Source of the DNA: Epiperipatus broadwayi
Taxonomy: Eukaryota > Animalia > Onychophora
Length of the DNA stretch: 64,000 nucleotides
Assembly: GCA_028023455.1 (NCBI GenBank)
Contig: JAQFVV010000002.1
Location: forward strand, 4,836,001 to 4,900,000
Reading direction: 5' to 3'
The notes under the pieces were generated by a model, which was given only the letters and a program-made list of their open reading frames with translations, did not search any database and had not been told where the DNA came from. Position numbers and translations under genes: made by a program. Position 1 is the stretch's first letter. Every line of letters starts with the position of its first letter. Shown here in pieces: positions 12,006-25,340 of this stretch.

Positions 12006-12396
12006 TTTCATTCTGTTATAAAACAATTCTCGGGCATTATTAAATTAGGATTGTTCTTCTTTGGTTCATATTTTTATTCTGTTACAAATAATGATGAATA
12101 ATTAAACTATGACTAAGAATACAGTATGACCCATATTGTTATTCTGTTATAAATGGCATCTGACTTCAGGGCATATTTTTATTCTGTTACAAAGGGCATT
12201 AAATCAGGACCATTCTTTCATTCCCACATTTTTATTCTATTACAAATGCTGTCCAAATCTATGGTGCTATTAAATAAGAGCTTAGCATTATATTTTTATT
12301 CTGTAATAAATGGCGACCAACAATTGGACTATATTTTCATTCAGATTGTATTAAAATTATGATTTTCCATTATCCTTATTTTTATTATGTTACAAT
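12006..12396 (+). repeat. Seven irregularly spaced copies of TTTTATTCTGTTA(C/T)AAAT
   Basis: Copies at about 12006, 12072, 12137, 12177, 12230, 12294 and 12380; intervals 40-86 bp. Confidence 0.75.
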
Positions 12397-12639
12397 ATAT
12401 ATATATATAAGAATAAACTATGATATATGTATATACCATATATAATATATAACAAAATATTCTACAAGAGCATATTGTCAACTTCTATGGCCTGTGTTAT
12501 AAAACAATATTTATTACTTTGCTGAAACAGGCTTTTGATACAGTGTATATTTATCAAAGTATGACTTTATTAGCATATCATACATTTGCATATTTGCATG
12601 TGTAAATTGATCTACCATTTGTCTATATCATTAGATTAA

Positions 12640-13310
12640 ATGATTAGTTCTTGCTGAGAAGAATGCTTTTTGTACTTATGTTTTATGATTTTCTTTTTCT
12701 GTTCAATTCATTAATTACATTATAATCTTAAATTATTTTTTTCTATTAATCAAAATATAATTTAATTCTGAAATACCATTATTTGTCAGCTTGTATGATC
12801 ATTTCTGTTTATTATTTTTTCTGGAAAAAAAATCATAATGTACAGTTCATATTCTATAAACTCACAAATCTAGATTCTCTCTCATTTCCCTCATTATAAA
12901 CAAATTTATTGACAACACTTTTATCTTTTAATCATTACCAATGTTAGAATTAAATTCTCCTATGACATATTTAAAATATTGTTTGCTCTGACCAAAAGCA
13001 TTTTATATATTTATGTAAAAATCTACATTTTTGTCACAATGAAAACTTGGTGTGGAATAAAGCTAAATTATATGCATTTAGTATTTTTCAATAATTAGAA
13101 TAACTAATCTTATTACTCTGTCTGATCAACCATCAATTCCACAATGTTTCTCTTCCATTTTTTATTTCTAAAGGATCATTTTCCACTTGTGCCCACTTTT
13201 TTAAATTTTTCATTTTTTTTCTAACTTCACAAACCCAACAATGCTCCATTTAATATTAAACAATTCATCCCTTTTATGCTATTTTTCTTCACTTAAAAGT
13301 AATATGCAAT
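12640..13310 (-). mobile_element. Heavily decayed RTE-like APE endonuclease fragment
   Basis: Manual translation gives GFVKLE/CEVRKK, SDRVIRL, VIGEFNSNIG, NERESRFV and FFQKK, collinear with APE motifs GDFNAKIG, NERG and NTFFQKK. Confidence 0.6.
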
Positions 13311-14559
13311 TGTGTGTATCAAAATTAAAAGTTGTCATTGAATGACAGAATGGGGCCACAAATCAGGATATTTTTAGCATGTCTTTGGCTGCTGATCTTA
13401 CAAATTTCTGGGGGGAAAAGCTTTGTAGTGATTGTAATTATCTATAATAAAAAAAAAAAAAGATATGATTTATACACACCTTCATCCTACCTTTCAGGAA
13501 ACTCAACTGAACTTTGGTTTAGATGCTCGTAATCTTCCACAATGTCTACAAATGATTTGCACAGGAATTATTATTGACTGTGACAATAGGAATAAAAGTT
13601 CAAAAAAGTCAGTCTCTTTGAAATTTCTTATTGTTTACAAACTATCTTTAGCCTTGGATAAAATTTTACCTCCACAACTTTAATACATGGTATTGTATAT
13701 GGTATTATATATGAGTGAATGAAGTACTATATTTAACCCAGGATAAGTTTACTTTCATGAACTTTGACACATAAGAATGTTCTATATGTGTGAAATGAAA
13801 TGCTGTGTTTAGCTTGGAATGTAATGTTTTACTTTATGACTCTAACACCTCTAATAATATTATATATGTGTGGAATAAAATGCTGTTTTAATATTTTGTA
13901 CAACTAGTGCCTGAACAAAGAAGAATTAATTATAATCCCACTTTAAACTTATATTAGAAACAACATTGCACGTTATCTTATAAAACTACAATATAGTTGT
14001 TGACAAATGACAGCTAACAAGGAACTATTTTAGCTGTTATAGCATGTGGGATAATTATTTGCTTGAACTATCATTCTTTGTCTTTGGCACTAATAAATTA
14101 TTGTAACAAAATATTTTAATTTGAAATAACACCTAAAGTAAAGTCATGCAATTTCATTAACTTTGAGAATAATCTGATTAAAATTTAGATATATCTTACC
14201 TCTCAAGATATCTAGGGTCTTCAGAAAATGTATTGTGTAGGTCAATCAATTGATGAATATTTCTTACAAATGGAGATGGAGAAGCATACAATTAGCTTTT
14301 AGGATTCTATGTTATAATTAAACAAATATATTTAATTTACATTTGTCATTAAATTTAAGAACTATGCTATTAATTGATTGGCTAATTTCCAATAGATTTA
14401 AATAATATGTATTTGAACTAGTGTTGTAATTTTATGAACATGCATTTTGTATTTTATTCTCTTGTAAGTATGTTAAATTTATGATATATGTAATCTTTTG
14501 TGTATAAAATAACTACTTGTTAACTTAGATATAGCAAATTAAAGAGAGTCAATTTTGGG

Positions 14560-14810
14560 AACAGCACTTATGTAAAGATTTAATGATTAATTCAAAGTAT
14601 CTATAATGTATCATCACCACATGGCCAATCCTGTGCATCTTCCTGGGGTTCTGTGCTTATACTCATATTGTAATATTAGGTAATATTCTTTCATATCATC
14701 TGGTCTATGGTTGGCCATTATCTCAATTGTGACTTGTAATAGAGTTTTCCTACATCTTTTGGACTTAGTTCACACTTGTAAAACTGCATGTGCTTTCCAA
14801 TTTAGTAGAC
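14560..14810 (-). mobile_element. RTE-like LINE 3' end fragment
   Basis: LNWKAHA...GQP...AQNPGRC, ending in a GGTGATGAT tail; resembles the 3' end of the 6.6 kb element. Confidence 0.45.
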
Positions 14811-16339
14811 TGTTGAGGTAATTTATTTTTATTTTATTAAGGAAGTGAGTGTTAATACTCTTTTAATGTTATATGACTTTTTCTGTGCTGGTGGTAATCC
14901 ACTGAATATTATAGCTTGTTATGATAATGGTCAGAAACCAACAGGGTACTTACTGTTCATTATTTCTTAGTGCAGATGAGTACATCCACAGGTATAGCAT
15001 TGCTCTCTATTATATAAATGTATGTTTGAGCAGAGTCTCCATGCATTATATGTGTACATTGTTTCCCTCATCTTAACATTTGCCTCTCATGATCTATCTT
15101 CAGCCATAAAATGGCATTTAAGTGACTTATGGTCATAATTTATTATAGATCAATTATTTGATATTCCAGCTGAGCTAGAATTCAAATTCCCTCTTTGATT
15201 TCATATCTTATCATCATCAAATTTTTAATAGCCATTGTTGTCAGTATTATTATTATAATTTTGAATTATATGTGCATGGGTTCTGGTTTTAACATATTGG
15301 GGTTGCCATTGACTGGGTATTTGAATCTATTCTTGTTCCTGTAAGGGCCTAAATCAATACATTTGTAATAATATTTTAGATTGTATTATCTGAAACTCAT
15401 GCACATATCCATGCACAGAAATAAGTATATGGGTTAGTATTTTATTTTATTTTGTTTATTTACTTACCTAATTAATGTACATTGTCCATGTAGAACAATT
15501 ATATGTGATGATATTTTGTTATTTATGGTTTATGTAAATCATGACTATTATTAACCAATTATTATTTTCATATTTATTGAGTTGTAAATAAGTGCTAATT
15601 TGATAATTTAACTTATCTGTGCCATTGCTATTAATCACATATAAAATCAGAAATCCAATGTAGTAAATAGATCATAAATATTAGAGCACATATTGTCTTT
15701 GATGATAATGTATACAAGGTTTATGGAAACATCCAGAGAATATTTTAATGTTTGTCCTTGGGTATTTTGTGATGTGTAAGATATAATAAAATCCTATTTA
15801 CCTTTTGCATTACCACTGCCGTGCTTTGTCAATTCTAGAGTATAATCCAGAATCTGTTACCACTATTGATATTTGCAACATTAGCATCTAAATTAATAAT
15901 ACATTTGCTAGCCAGTATAACAATTGAAACCTTTTTAAAAAAAACTATAACAGATGCCGTATTTATCCCTAAGAATTTCATTGCTATTGATTTGATTTGA
16001 TATTTGAGTTAAAAAAGAAAGAACTAAAGTTCATACTACTCATCTTCCATTGCAAAGCATTACCTTATAGAACATTTTCATATTTAGAGCATGAGGATAT
16101 CTGAGCTACAGCCAATTATGTTATGAAGCTGATTAGATTTATACTTTCGTATTAAATGGACCATAATTACCATGTAATGACTACCAGTTTTATAGATTAT
16201 CCCAGCTTGTACATGGTCAGCCATTGAGTCTCAAATAAATAAAATTGTAAATTAATTAAGATTTTGGTGATGTTTTATGATCCAGTTGTTAGGGACAATT
16301 ATATTTAATTTAAGATTCACACAATTTATATTAGGTAAC

Positions 16340-16640
16340 TTACCGTACCCCTAAGTAATGCTCGAGAGATCTTCGTGATGTACCCTGGCTGCAACCGAAT
16401 TATGTTATAACAGCTTTCATTGTATCATTTAATTTTAGTCTGTTACAGTGTTTCCGGTTTCCCACGCGAGCAAATTTGTTGTTGACTAACTTTTCGGTTA
16501 CAATATATATTTTTTTGCAAATTGTAATGTAGCAAATTATCACAGATAAAAGTTAAGTAAATACCACTTTGAGATCGAGCTTTATCACTTTGCCATAGTA
16601 TTCCTCTGTCTAGTTATTCTGCCATCCTTCGGACAGAGTC
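16340..16640. promoter_or_regulatory. CpG-retaining patch; possible promoter or first exon of a minus-strand transcript
   Basis: Dense CpGs in a depleted background, an ETS-like CCGGAAA motif on the minus strand (about 16455) and a minus-strand donor ACG|GTAAGT at about 16348. Function is inferred. Confidence 0.3.
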
Positions 16641-18649
16641 AACAATCTTAAATAAATACTTATTTTAATGTGCATAATCAGCCTTACTATGTCATACTTT
16701 GTTATCATTATGTGTGTATATATATTATTTGAAAATATAGTATTTAAACAATAGCTAAGAATAATAATAAACTGCTGACAATGTTTACTGATTATTTTAC
16801 AACAGTGATTACTAGATTGCTTTTAACAAATAATTAACATCGTAACTAGTATATATATTTAATAATAGAAAACTTTTCTTCTATTTTTTGAAAATATTTT
16901 CTAATATAAATATTTGATAAAAATATTAGATGATGTAAAATTGATTATCTGTCATCGAACTATCCCAGATATTCTAACAAGAATCTCAAATTTCCGGAAC
17001 ATTTTTATATGTTTGCTGTTTCTGAAACTAATTTTGATATTCTGATCATAATAAAAACTTCATTTTAGTCCAAATTATATTAATAGATGATCAACTATCT
17101 TACTCACGATATATAGAGACTATATATTTTTACTCTCTACAAACAAACGCGTACAGAATTTTTATTTTTAAAAATTTTAAATTATAGCAACTTAGAAGAG
17201 CTTAATAAGTCAGAGGATTTTCTTGCAAATGACAGGTGTCTCAAGTGTAAATGGTAACAGCAAAAACGCTAAGTATCTAGATAATATATGTTTCATTTCA
17301 AATAAAAAAATTATATACATGTATATGTTCATTATAATTATTTGCCTATGGTTTAAAAAAATACGATATTAGTGACCATGGTTTGCAGCCGTAGATCATT
17401 TTTGTCTATATATGAAAATTAATATATTTTTTAAAAAAATAATTGAAATTATATAATTTTTTTAATATTACATAATTATATTAAATGTTATCACTTTTTG
17501 TTGAATTTAAATAAAATTCTGATAAAAATATAAAGTATTCTGATGTAAGAGCTCAAACAAATGTTAGTGAGAGCTGAGGATATAATTTAATTCTGGATGC
17601 AGCATGGATAATTTAAAAAAAATTGATTATTCAGTTTTTTAAGCATGTAAAAATTATTAAGCTATGTTGAGATCTGGTATATTCTCACTGTTGTAGTTAG
17701 ACCCTTTTATAATATTTTAAATAAACGAAAATAGTTTTTTTAAACACTTGTGACATCATTATTTTATATAAAGTTTGATAAATAGAAAGTAATGTTTAAA
17801 TAAGAAAATGATAAGTGAAGAGAAAATTAAGTTTATTAGAGTGAGATTAGACATAATGTACTAAAATTATCAATTTTACATATATGATTTTGATAGTATT
17901 ATAAGAAAATGTATTTCATAAAAATTGTAAGACATAATATTAATAGGTGAAAAAAGAAATGTTTGATCAGCAGTGAGATGAATTGTATCCAGCACATTGT
18001 AATGTAAATATGCATTTAGTGAGTCTAAAATATTAAATAGAAGTTGAGTCATTCTAAATGAATGGTATTTATGTAATTGCTATAGTTAACATTTCTATTT
18101 GAACTTTATTAATATATATATTGAAAAATTTGAACTGTTTTTAACATTTTTAATAAGTAGAATTTATATATATATAAGTATGTGCACAGATAAATGTATA
18201 GGCATTATTAATTTTAAGTTTATCTTAAAAATAATTTAAAACAAAATATTTTTTTATTAACATTTGTATAAGTATTGTATATAGTAGGTGGATTATTTTA
18301 AAAAATGTAATTAAATTCTTATAAACAGATCAACTGATTAAGAATGTAAATATCTGATGTAATTTAATCAGAACATTGTCTATTATTTTGATAATCTCGT
18401 TCAAAGTTAAATTTTTATACATGCTGTTATTGGACAAGCAAGCCGTGGACTATAATGAAATTTAGGAGCTATCTATGACCAATTTATAAATGAATTGAAA
18501 TGACTGGTGATGAAAACTAATTTTGTTGATAACTCAGTAAAATATAAATATGGATTCTCCGAAGATCATAAATTATTTTGCTTTGATTTTCGACTGTGTG
18601 ATCATAATACTTATTTTGCTATGTGCTAAAATATGGTAAAGTAGAGAAG

Positions 18650-19000
18650 TCATCATCTGCTCCACTCTTGCCATACTGGCAAAGTACAAGCCATGAGTCC
18701 ATTGAGAGTTGCTGAGAAGCCATCAAATAATGTAGAATATCTTAAGAAGCACTGTGTCCAGTAAATATGAACTATATATCACCTAAACTTCAATAGTGTC
18801 TATTGCTTTAGAGAGAAACCAGTTATCAATCAAGAAGAAAAGCACCATAAGATGTTGCCCATTAAACAAAGAAAGTAAATGCATGTTAGTGAAGATTGCT
18901 GCAATAATCAAGACAAATATGATAGAAGTTTCATTGGACATAGCTATATTTATACAGATGGTGTCTACTAAAACTCTACTAATACCTGAATTCAGAATTT
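18650..19000 (+). mobile_element. Possible RNase H remnant of an I-group LINE
   Basis: FIGHSYIYTDG at about 18930-18962 resembles the IYTDGS RNase H motif; the rest is degenerate. Confidence 0.35.
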
Positions 19001-19649
19001 AAACTCTTAATGTCAGAAAGGATAATATGTATGAACTTTGACTATATTAATATAACTGTAATATTAACATTAGATATTTAATTTCCTACATTTAATTTAT
19101 ACTGACATTATTTTATAAATTATTGATTTTGTGTAAAAGTAAATCTGTTTATAAATTAGTATGGCAAGGGATTGCTATTATTTATTATTCTTGCCACAAT
19201 TCTATTGGCATACTCTAAAAAAGAAAAAATATTTTCTAAAATTAACATATTAATGCAAACCCCTCACCATTCTCATCAAACTTATTTTGTATGCTAAAAT
19301 CAGATTTAGTAATGCTCTTCATTTCCACTATCTTAATTATAAAAACTGTAAAATTAGAAATTCAACCATTAACATGAGAAATGCATATTAATGGACCTCT
19401 GGATAGTATAAAACAGCCTGAATAGACCAATTTAATAAATTAAGTTTGTCTCTTTATGCCTTTTTACTAGTTCTGAAAATTTATAGTTTTAAGCTAAATT
19501 CCCTCCAGGTTTGATAATAAGCAAGCAGGTGAAAAGATAATTAAGTGTCTTAAAAGTACTTGGGCTAATAATATGCTTTTATTTTTGACTTTTTGTCTAT
19601 ATACAATGTTCATTTATATGTGTTTTGTGTATTCATAAATGAGTGTAAT

Positions 19650-19925
19650 ACCATTTGCATTTGCTGGTCACTAGCATTAATTAATTTACTTTGAACAGTA
19701 GTATGCAGTAGATGGACATGATCAGATGCATTGTTTATATATTTTTCATTGTATAATATCATTGAGTCTGCTGGCCACTCCACTTAGCACCCTTACTTCG
19801 AGCATTAGTATGCAGTAGACAGATAAGCCTACTAATATATCAGATGTTTGTTATATATAATTTCTTAATGTAATTTCCTTTGTGTCTGCTATCACTCCAT
19901 TTAGCATTTTCCTTTGAGCAGTAGA
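19650..19925 (+). repeat. Degenerate tandem repeat, about 120 bp x about 2.5
   Basis: Recurring TGCT(GG)(T/C)CACT...TAGCA...GA(A/G)CA(G/T)TAGTATGCAGTAGA...ATCAGATG blocks at about 19652, 19768 and 19887. Confidence 0.6.
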
Positions 19926-20202
19926 CATTTGGAGTTGATATTTATATATTAGTAAATACTTCTGCTATAAGTTAAAATGTGTATCTCTTATGCATATATC
20001 ATTTTCAGTATGTGCATATAATATATATGTATATATTGTAAATTAACTTCCATTAATACATACAATTTTACTTTAAATCAATATCACACATATAATATAT
20101 GTAAATCATTAGATATTTCTCCAGAAGTTAATATCTATACTCTTAATATAATATGAATTTTTATTTTATACTCTTAAACTATATATTATATTTGGTATGA
20201 GT

Positions 20203-20445
20203 ACATATAATAAATCAGTAATTAAGTTTTTTTATTTAAATTGATAGATTTATTTTTATTTTAAAACAATTATTTTTTTTAAAAATGCACAAGCAAAAAA
20301 ATTGCAATCTTTTTTAACTTTTTGTGATTGTTTTAAATAATGGTAGTTTTCTAGTTTACTTTATTTTTTAAAAAAAAAAAACAATTGTTTTAAAATAAAA
20401 ATAAAAACAAGTTTAAATAGAAAATTTAGTCACTGATTTATTATA
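20203..20445. repeat. AT-rich inverted repeat (about 80 bp arms), MITE-like
   Basis: TATAATAAATCAGT...TTTATTTTTATTTTAAAACAATT mirrored by AATTGTTTTAAAATAAAAATAAA...ACTGATTTATTATA. Confidence 0.6.
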
Positions 20446-22228
20446 CATATATAATAATGTATACATATTAAATATGATATATACATTAAGTGTTTAAAAT
20501 GGGTTTTAAAATGTTATTAAAGTGAATGTAAAAAAAATAAACTGCTCTCCCACAATTATTATTTAAAATAAATTAAAATTCTAAGAATAATTGTTAAATA
20601 CGATGATGCATGAAACTATTGAATATTTTTTATATTTTTCCATCCTCTGTTTTATGTCTATCAAACTAGATGTCATACTGAAATGGTAAGTGTTTCAAAT
20701 GGATTAGGGTAAGATAATTTAGTTATATATCAATTTCCAAGCAAATATATTAAATTTAAATATATTAAACCCTGCTTTTAAAATTTTATTTTAATTTGAA
20801 AAAGATCAAAAGTTAACAAATAAACAAACTGATTTTTCAAAATCAATAAAAGAATTTAATAAACTTCTAATAAACAATAATTTTCTGAAACTTCTAAAAT
20901 ATATTGTCATTTCTGTAAGATCCCGTCTCAGTAATTTCCACATACAAAGATCATTAAAAAGGTGAAAGAATTATCCTATAAAAATTTACATCTGTAAGCA
21001 TAGTTTTTATTTAATTCATATTTACTTTACTTCATTGAAAATATCAAAATACTGTTTGCCTATCTCTAAATTAAGTTACCACTTCACTTGTTTATTGCTA
21101 CTTTGCTTTCCAATTTTTTTTTAACAAACTCTGTCATAATGATATTTCTTTTAGTTTTGCATCATATGTTAATATTTTCTTATCATAACTCTTTAAAACT
21201 AAATGTCTGTCTCTATCATGAACTGCTTAATTATAAATTGTTTTGTGAAAAATTAAACATTTGACATTGAACATTTTTTCACCAAACACCTCTTGCCATC
21301 TTGTTCACCGTTCTCTTCTATTAATGTATTGTCCAAATCATTAATCTATAATTAGTTCTCTGTTAGTCTTTATTAAATCATAATAAAATTTAAAAATTAA
21401 AACAAATGAGTCATTAAGAAATATGTTATATATTATGGAATTCATGCACTATGTTTAATAATTTTAGTTTTTAATAAAGGAAAATTTATGTTTAAACAGA
21501 AATTTTAAATTTTGGAATTTTCAATACTAGCCTAATGTTACCATCATATTTATTCAATTTTATTTTTATATAAAATTTATGTATGTTATTAATAGGCTAA
21601 CTCATTCCAGTGATTTCTAGTTTTAATAATTATTAATCACATAATATGAGAATTAAATGGCAGTGCTTGTCATATTTACCTTTAAATCTTTTTGCTTCAT
21701 TATTAAATTTCATATGCACCATAAATTATTAAACCATGTATTAAAATATGGGTTTGCTCACCTATAAATTATAAAACATCATATTTATTTGAGTCCTTAA
21801 TATTATTATTTTTTATAACTGCTTATTTCAATTTTATATTTAAGAGAAATGGATTTCATTAAAAATATCTTATTCAAACTTTGTATGTTTTGGAAAATAT
21901 TGAAATTAGCTCAAAAATAGGGAATAAAAATCTTGACTTCATTATTTTAGATTTATTATAACTTCACTATAAATATTCTAAGAATAATCACACTCTGGGC
22001 CTTTTTTAGATATTTAAGGAAACCACCAAACAGTCTCCAAACAAATTTGATGCCTACTTTTGAAAGATATTATTTTGCAGATTTTGGTTAAACAACAGTC
22101 AGAAATAAATATTTCTTTTCAATAAATTTAATGTGTTGTGCTATATTAAGACATTGCATTTTGAAGATTTTACTGAAACAAATTTAAAAAAAAAAATGTA
22201 AACTTTGTTTCTTTCCAACATTAGCATC

Positions 22229-22328
22229 TTAAAAAGTAATTGCTCTTATTTGTTTATTAAAACTGTCTATAAGTTTTTTAAAAAGTAATTGCTCTTGTTT
22301 GTTTATTAAAACTGTCTATAAGTTTTTA
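22229..22328 (+). repeat. Near-perfect tandem duplication of about 50 bp
   Basis: TTAAAAAGTAATTGCTCTT(A/G)TTTGTTTATTAAAACTGTCTATAAGTTTT occurs twice, head to tail. Confidence 0.9.
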
Positions 22329-23974
22329 TAACTAATATATAATATTATTCCGAGAACTTACATACACAAAGTGATTATTTGACTTCATTTGTATGCAAAA
22401 AAAAACTATACTTAACCATCACTGCCTACTTTTTAAGTTTTTTTAAATTAAAAAAAATATTTGACACATTAAAGCTGTCAATAATTTTTTGCTTTCTCTT
22501 CAATGTAATATTGTTTTGATTGAAACTCTTACAGAAAATTTTTTTCTTACATGTCAGTTAAGAAAGAAATTGTTCATTTTCTTTATTTTTATTGCCCCTC
22601 TCTCTCTGCTGTAATTTAGGAAAAAAACCTTTATCAATTTCAATACTGATGTTTGATCTGAATGTGATGCTAAACCCTCAAGATGAAATCTTGTATAATC
22701 TGGTTGATTCTCCAGGCACCATATTGAATTTTTTTAAAAAAACTGACCTGAGACACAATTTTCACAATAACTTCAGTTTTAATAATGTTAGAGCAAAAAA
22801 AATTACATTAAAAGAAACTAGAAAAACCAACGAAAACAATACATCTAAGATAAGGGAAAAAAGAAATTTCAACATCTGAGATAATTATTACTTTATTGTT
22901 TGCTTATAATTTCTAATTTATCATTAACTAAACTTAAATTACATATTCAGTAATAATTTATTTGTATTCCTCACAAAATTATCTCTCAAACCATATATAA
23001 TACTTCTTACTTGAGATAATCCATAGCTTTAAAATCTATAAAACAAGTTGCATATGAATTCTTCATTTTTCTCTTGTACCCCAAAAGTTACCAAATCTCA
23101 AAGGCATCTATAAAAAAAAAAATTCATCCTAATAAAAGATACAAAACAAATTATTTCCAGAAGATATATATGCATTTATCATCATAGCAATTAGCTTCTT
23201 ATCTATCTAAAACTAGAAATTGTAGGCTACTGTCTGTATCACTGATAAAATGAGTTTCATCTCATTTTATATTTTTTTGTGTATACCAGTGAGGTTTATA
23301 TTCTTTATGCATACCAGTGATGCTATCTTGTTATATTTATTGTCCCACAAAGATATAATTTATTTGCATATAGCTTTGCTAGCTATAGAATTAAAAATAA
23401 TGTGATGCAAGATGTGGCAAAACTACTGACTCTACAGCATGAGTATCAAGGCATAGGCAAGAATCAGAATGATTCTTTGTCTGCATACAATTCCATGTGG
23501 TATATGCATAACCATTGTGGATACTACTACACAAACATTATTTGAAATCTCTCTTTTATTGTTTTTAAGTGTTTATATTTTCACATGGTACTATGCCCAG
23601 CAAATTTTGTGAATGCTTTATCAATGGCAAACTTTCTGTACATTTGATTATGTTTTTAAAATTTACATCATTACTTGTTATACAACCTTTTTGTACATTT
23701 GATTATCAGATTTTGAAATTTACATTGCACTGCTCTATATATGTAAATTATTACACACCATATAAACATAATAAATTATTAATATCAAAGACACAAAATT
23801 ACTGTACATATGAATAATAATTTATATACCGTATAATAAAGAGCATAAATGATTTTAATATTATATTATTTATAATTTATATACTACATACACACACCAA
23901 TATAAACTAAATTAATAAATCATACAAATAAATTATATTAATGAATTAAAATTATTAAAAAAATTTAAAAAATC

Positions 23975-24290
23975 TACTTACGAAATACATATTTCGCGAT
24001 TACGTTCACCTCCCATTATAGGCCTTGAATGGAAAGTGTTTTTAATCCATTTTCACTATATAATCAAGCTGATTACAATTTTCTGCCTTTATCGCTTCAT
24101 GTAAATTAGAAAATTGTCCAAAATAGAAAAAAATTAAATCCGCTTGTTTAAAAAAAATTCATAAAAAATTCAAATTTTTTCAATTTCAATCGAAAAGATG
24201 GCATTAAAAACATATTTTAAAGACGGATCGAATGCCCATATTTCTGTTGACATCATGCTTATAGTTTTTAAGTAATTTAGAAAAGAAAAC
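23975..24290. promoter_or_regulatory. CpG-retaining patch with a minus-strand donor; possible first exon
   Basis: Several CpGs. The minus strand reads ATG GGA GGT GAA CGT AAT CGC GAA ATA TGT ATT TC|GTAAGT (MGGERNREICI). No homolog recognised. Confidence 0.25.
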
Positions 24291-24819
24291 AAACTCTTAA
24301 ACCAATCCTGTAAGATGCATGACTGACAAGCAATGAAGATTCAAGCTGTTAACCTTTTCACTTGCAAGCAGCCAAATTGAATATTTAAAAAAATTATGCT
24401 AAGCCACAAATTTTATCATAACTTTAAGTTTTATTAATAAAAAATGACATAATATATAGTTTTAAAGATTAAACACAAAAGAATGTAATTAAACTGAAAA
24501 AATTATAGTCATTGATATTCAAAGTAATTAAAAAAAAGAATAAAAGTTAATATTTCTAATAATTATTTTCATATTATTTCATAAATTTTAAATTATCATG
24601 CATACAACTTAAATTTATATTTTTGTTAGTAGGCTCGTTGGATTCATAAAATTTCTAAAAAATTTGTATATAAAAACATTTACCTAAGGTAATTCATCAC
24701 TTGAAAACTTCATAGAATAACGACATTAGTACCTTTAATTTTTCTCAGTAGCCCTTCAAAATGTATTTCTATACAAGGGTTTGCAATGTATAAGTGATTC
24801 CTTATAAACAAGTAGTTAA

Positions 24820-25340
24820 TATTCAATTCAATTCAATTCATTTATTTAAGTGCTAAACAACAGCATAAAGCCAATTACAGTTTGCACATACAATAAAAGT
24901 AAAAATAAAACATATAACATAAAATGAAAATATAAAAGTATACATAATAAAGTAAAATTTAAAAGACAAAATCAAACATAACATTTAAGTTTAATAAGAT
25001 TACAAAATTTCTTATAATCAATGTCATACAGATTAAGGTTACTCCCAATCTGATTATATAAAAAGGGTAACCTAAATAAAGGAGAAATTTTAAGAATATT
25101 AGAATGACATGTTTGAATTTGATATACACAAATAGACCTAGTATCATAACTCAAAGACCTAATTGAAATAGTTGAAACTATGATAAAATAACTTGTTTAT
25201 TAACAATTTTATAAAAATATTTCAAATCCTTATACTTTCGTCTAGATGAAAGATTAATCATTTTACCCTCCCAAGAAACATATTTGAAAAACTTCTTTGA
25301 AATAGACTGCAACAAGTTACATCCTTGCCAAGAAATATTG
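24820..25340 (-). mobile_element. 3' end of a CR1/L2-like LINE
   Basis: Minus strand SYDTRS...KISPLFRLPFLYNQI...KKFCNLIK, then AATAAA and a (TTGAA)n tail at 24825-24845. A related GGGTAACCTAAATA segment occurs at about 35335. Confidence 0.55.

Noticed and set aside
20900-21400. Possible N-terminal hAT fragment on the minus strand
   Set aside because: Only a vague WQEVFG-type resemblance, with no catalytic motif.
22600-23110. Possible reverse transcriptase remnant on the minus strand (ATCFIDFKAMD)
   Set aside because: A single motif; not enough collinear support to list as a feature.
17228-23545. Plus-strand candidate exons (MTGVSSVNG at about 17229, 16 nt micro-exon 20670-20685, FASYRIKNN at about 23374)
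   Set aside because: Splice-like signals are common in AT-rich DNA; there is no consistent model or homolog.
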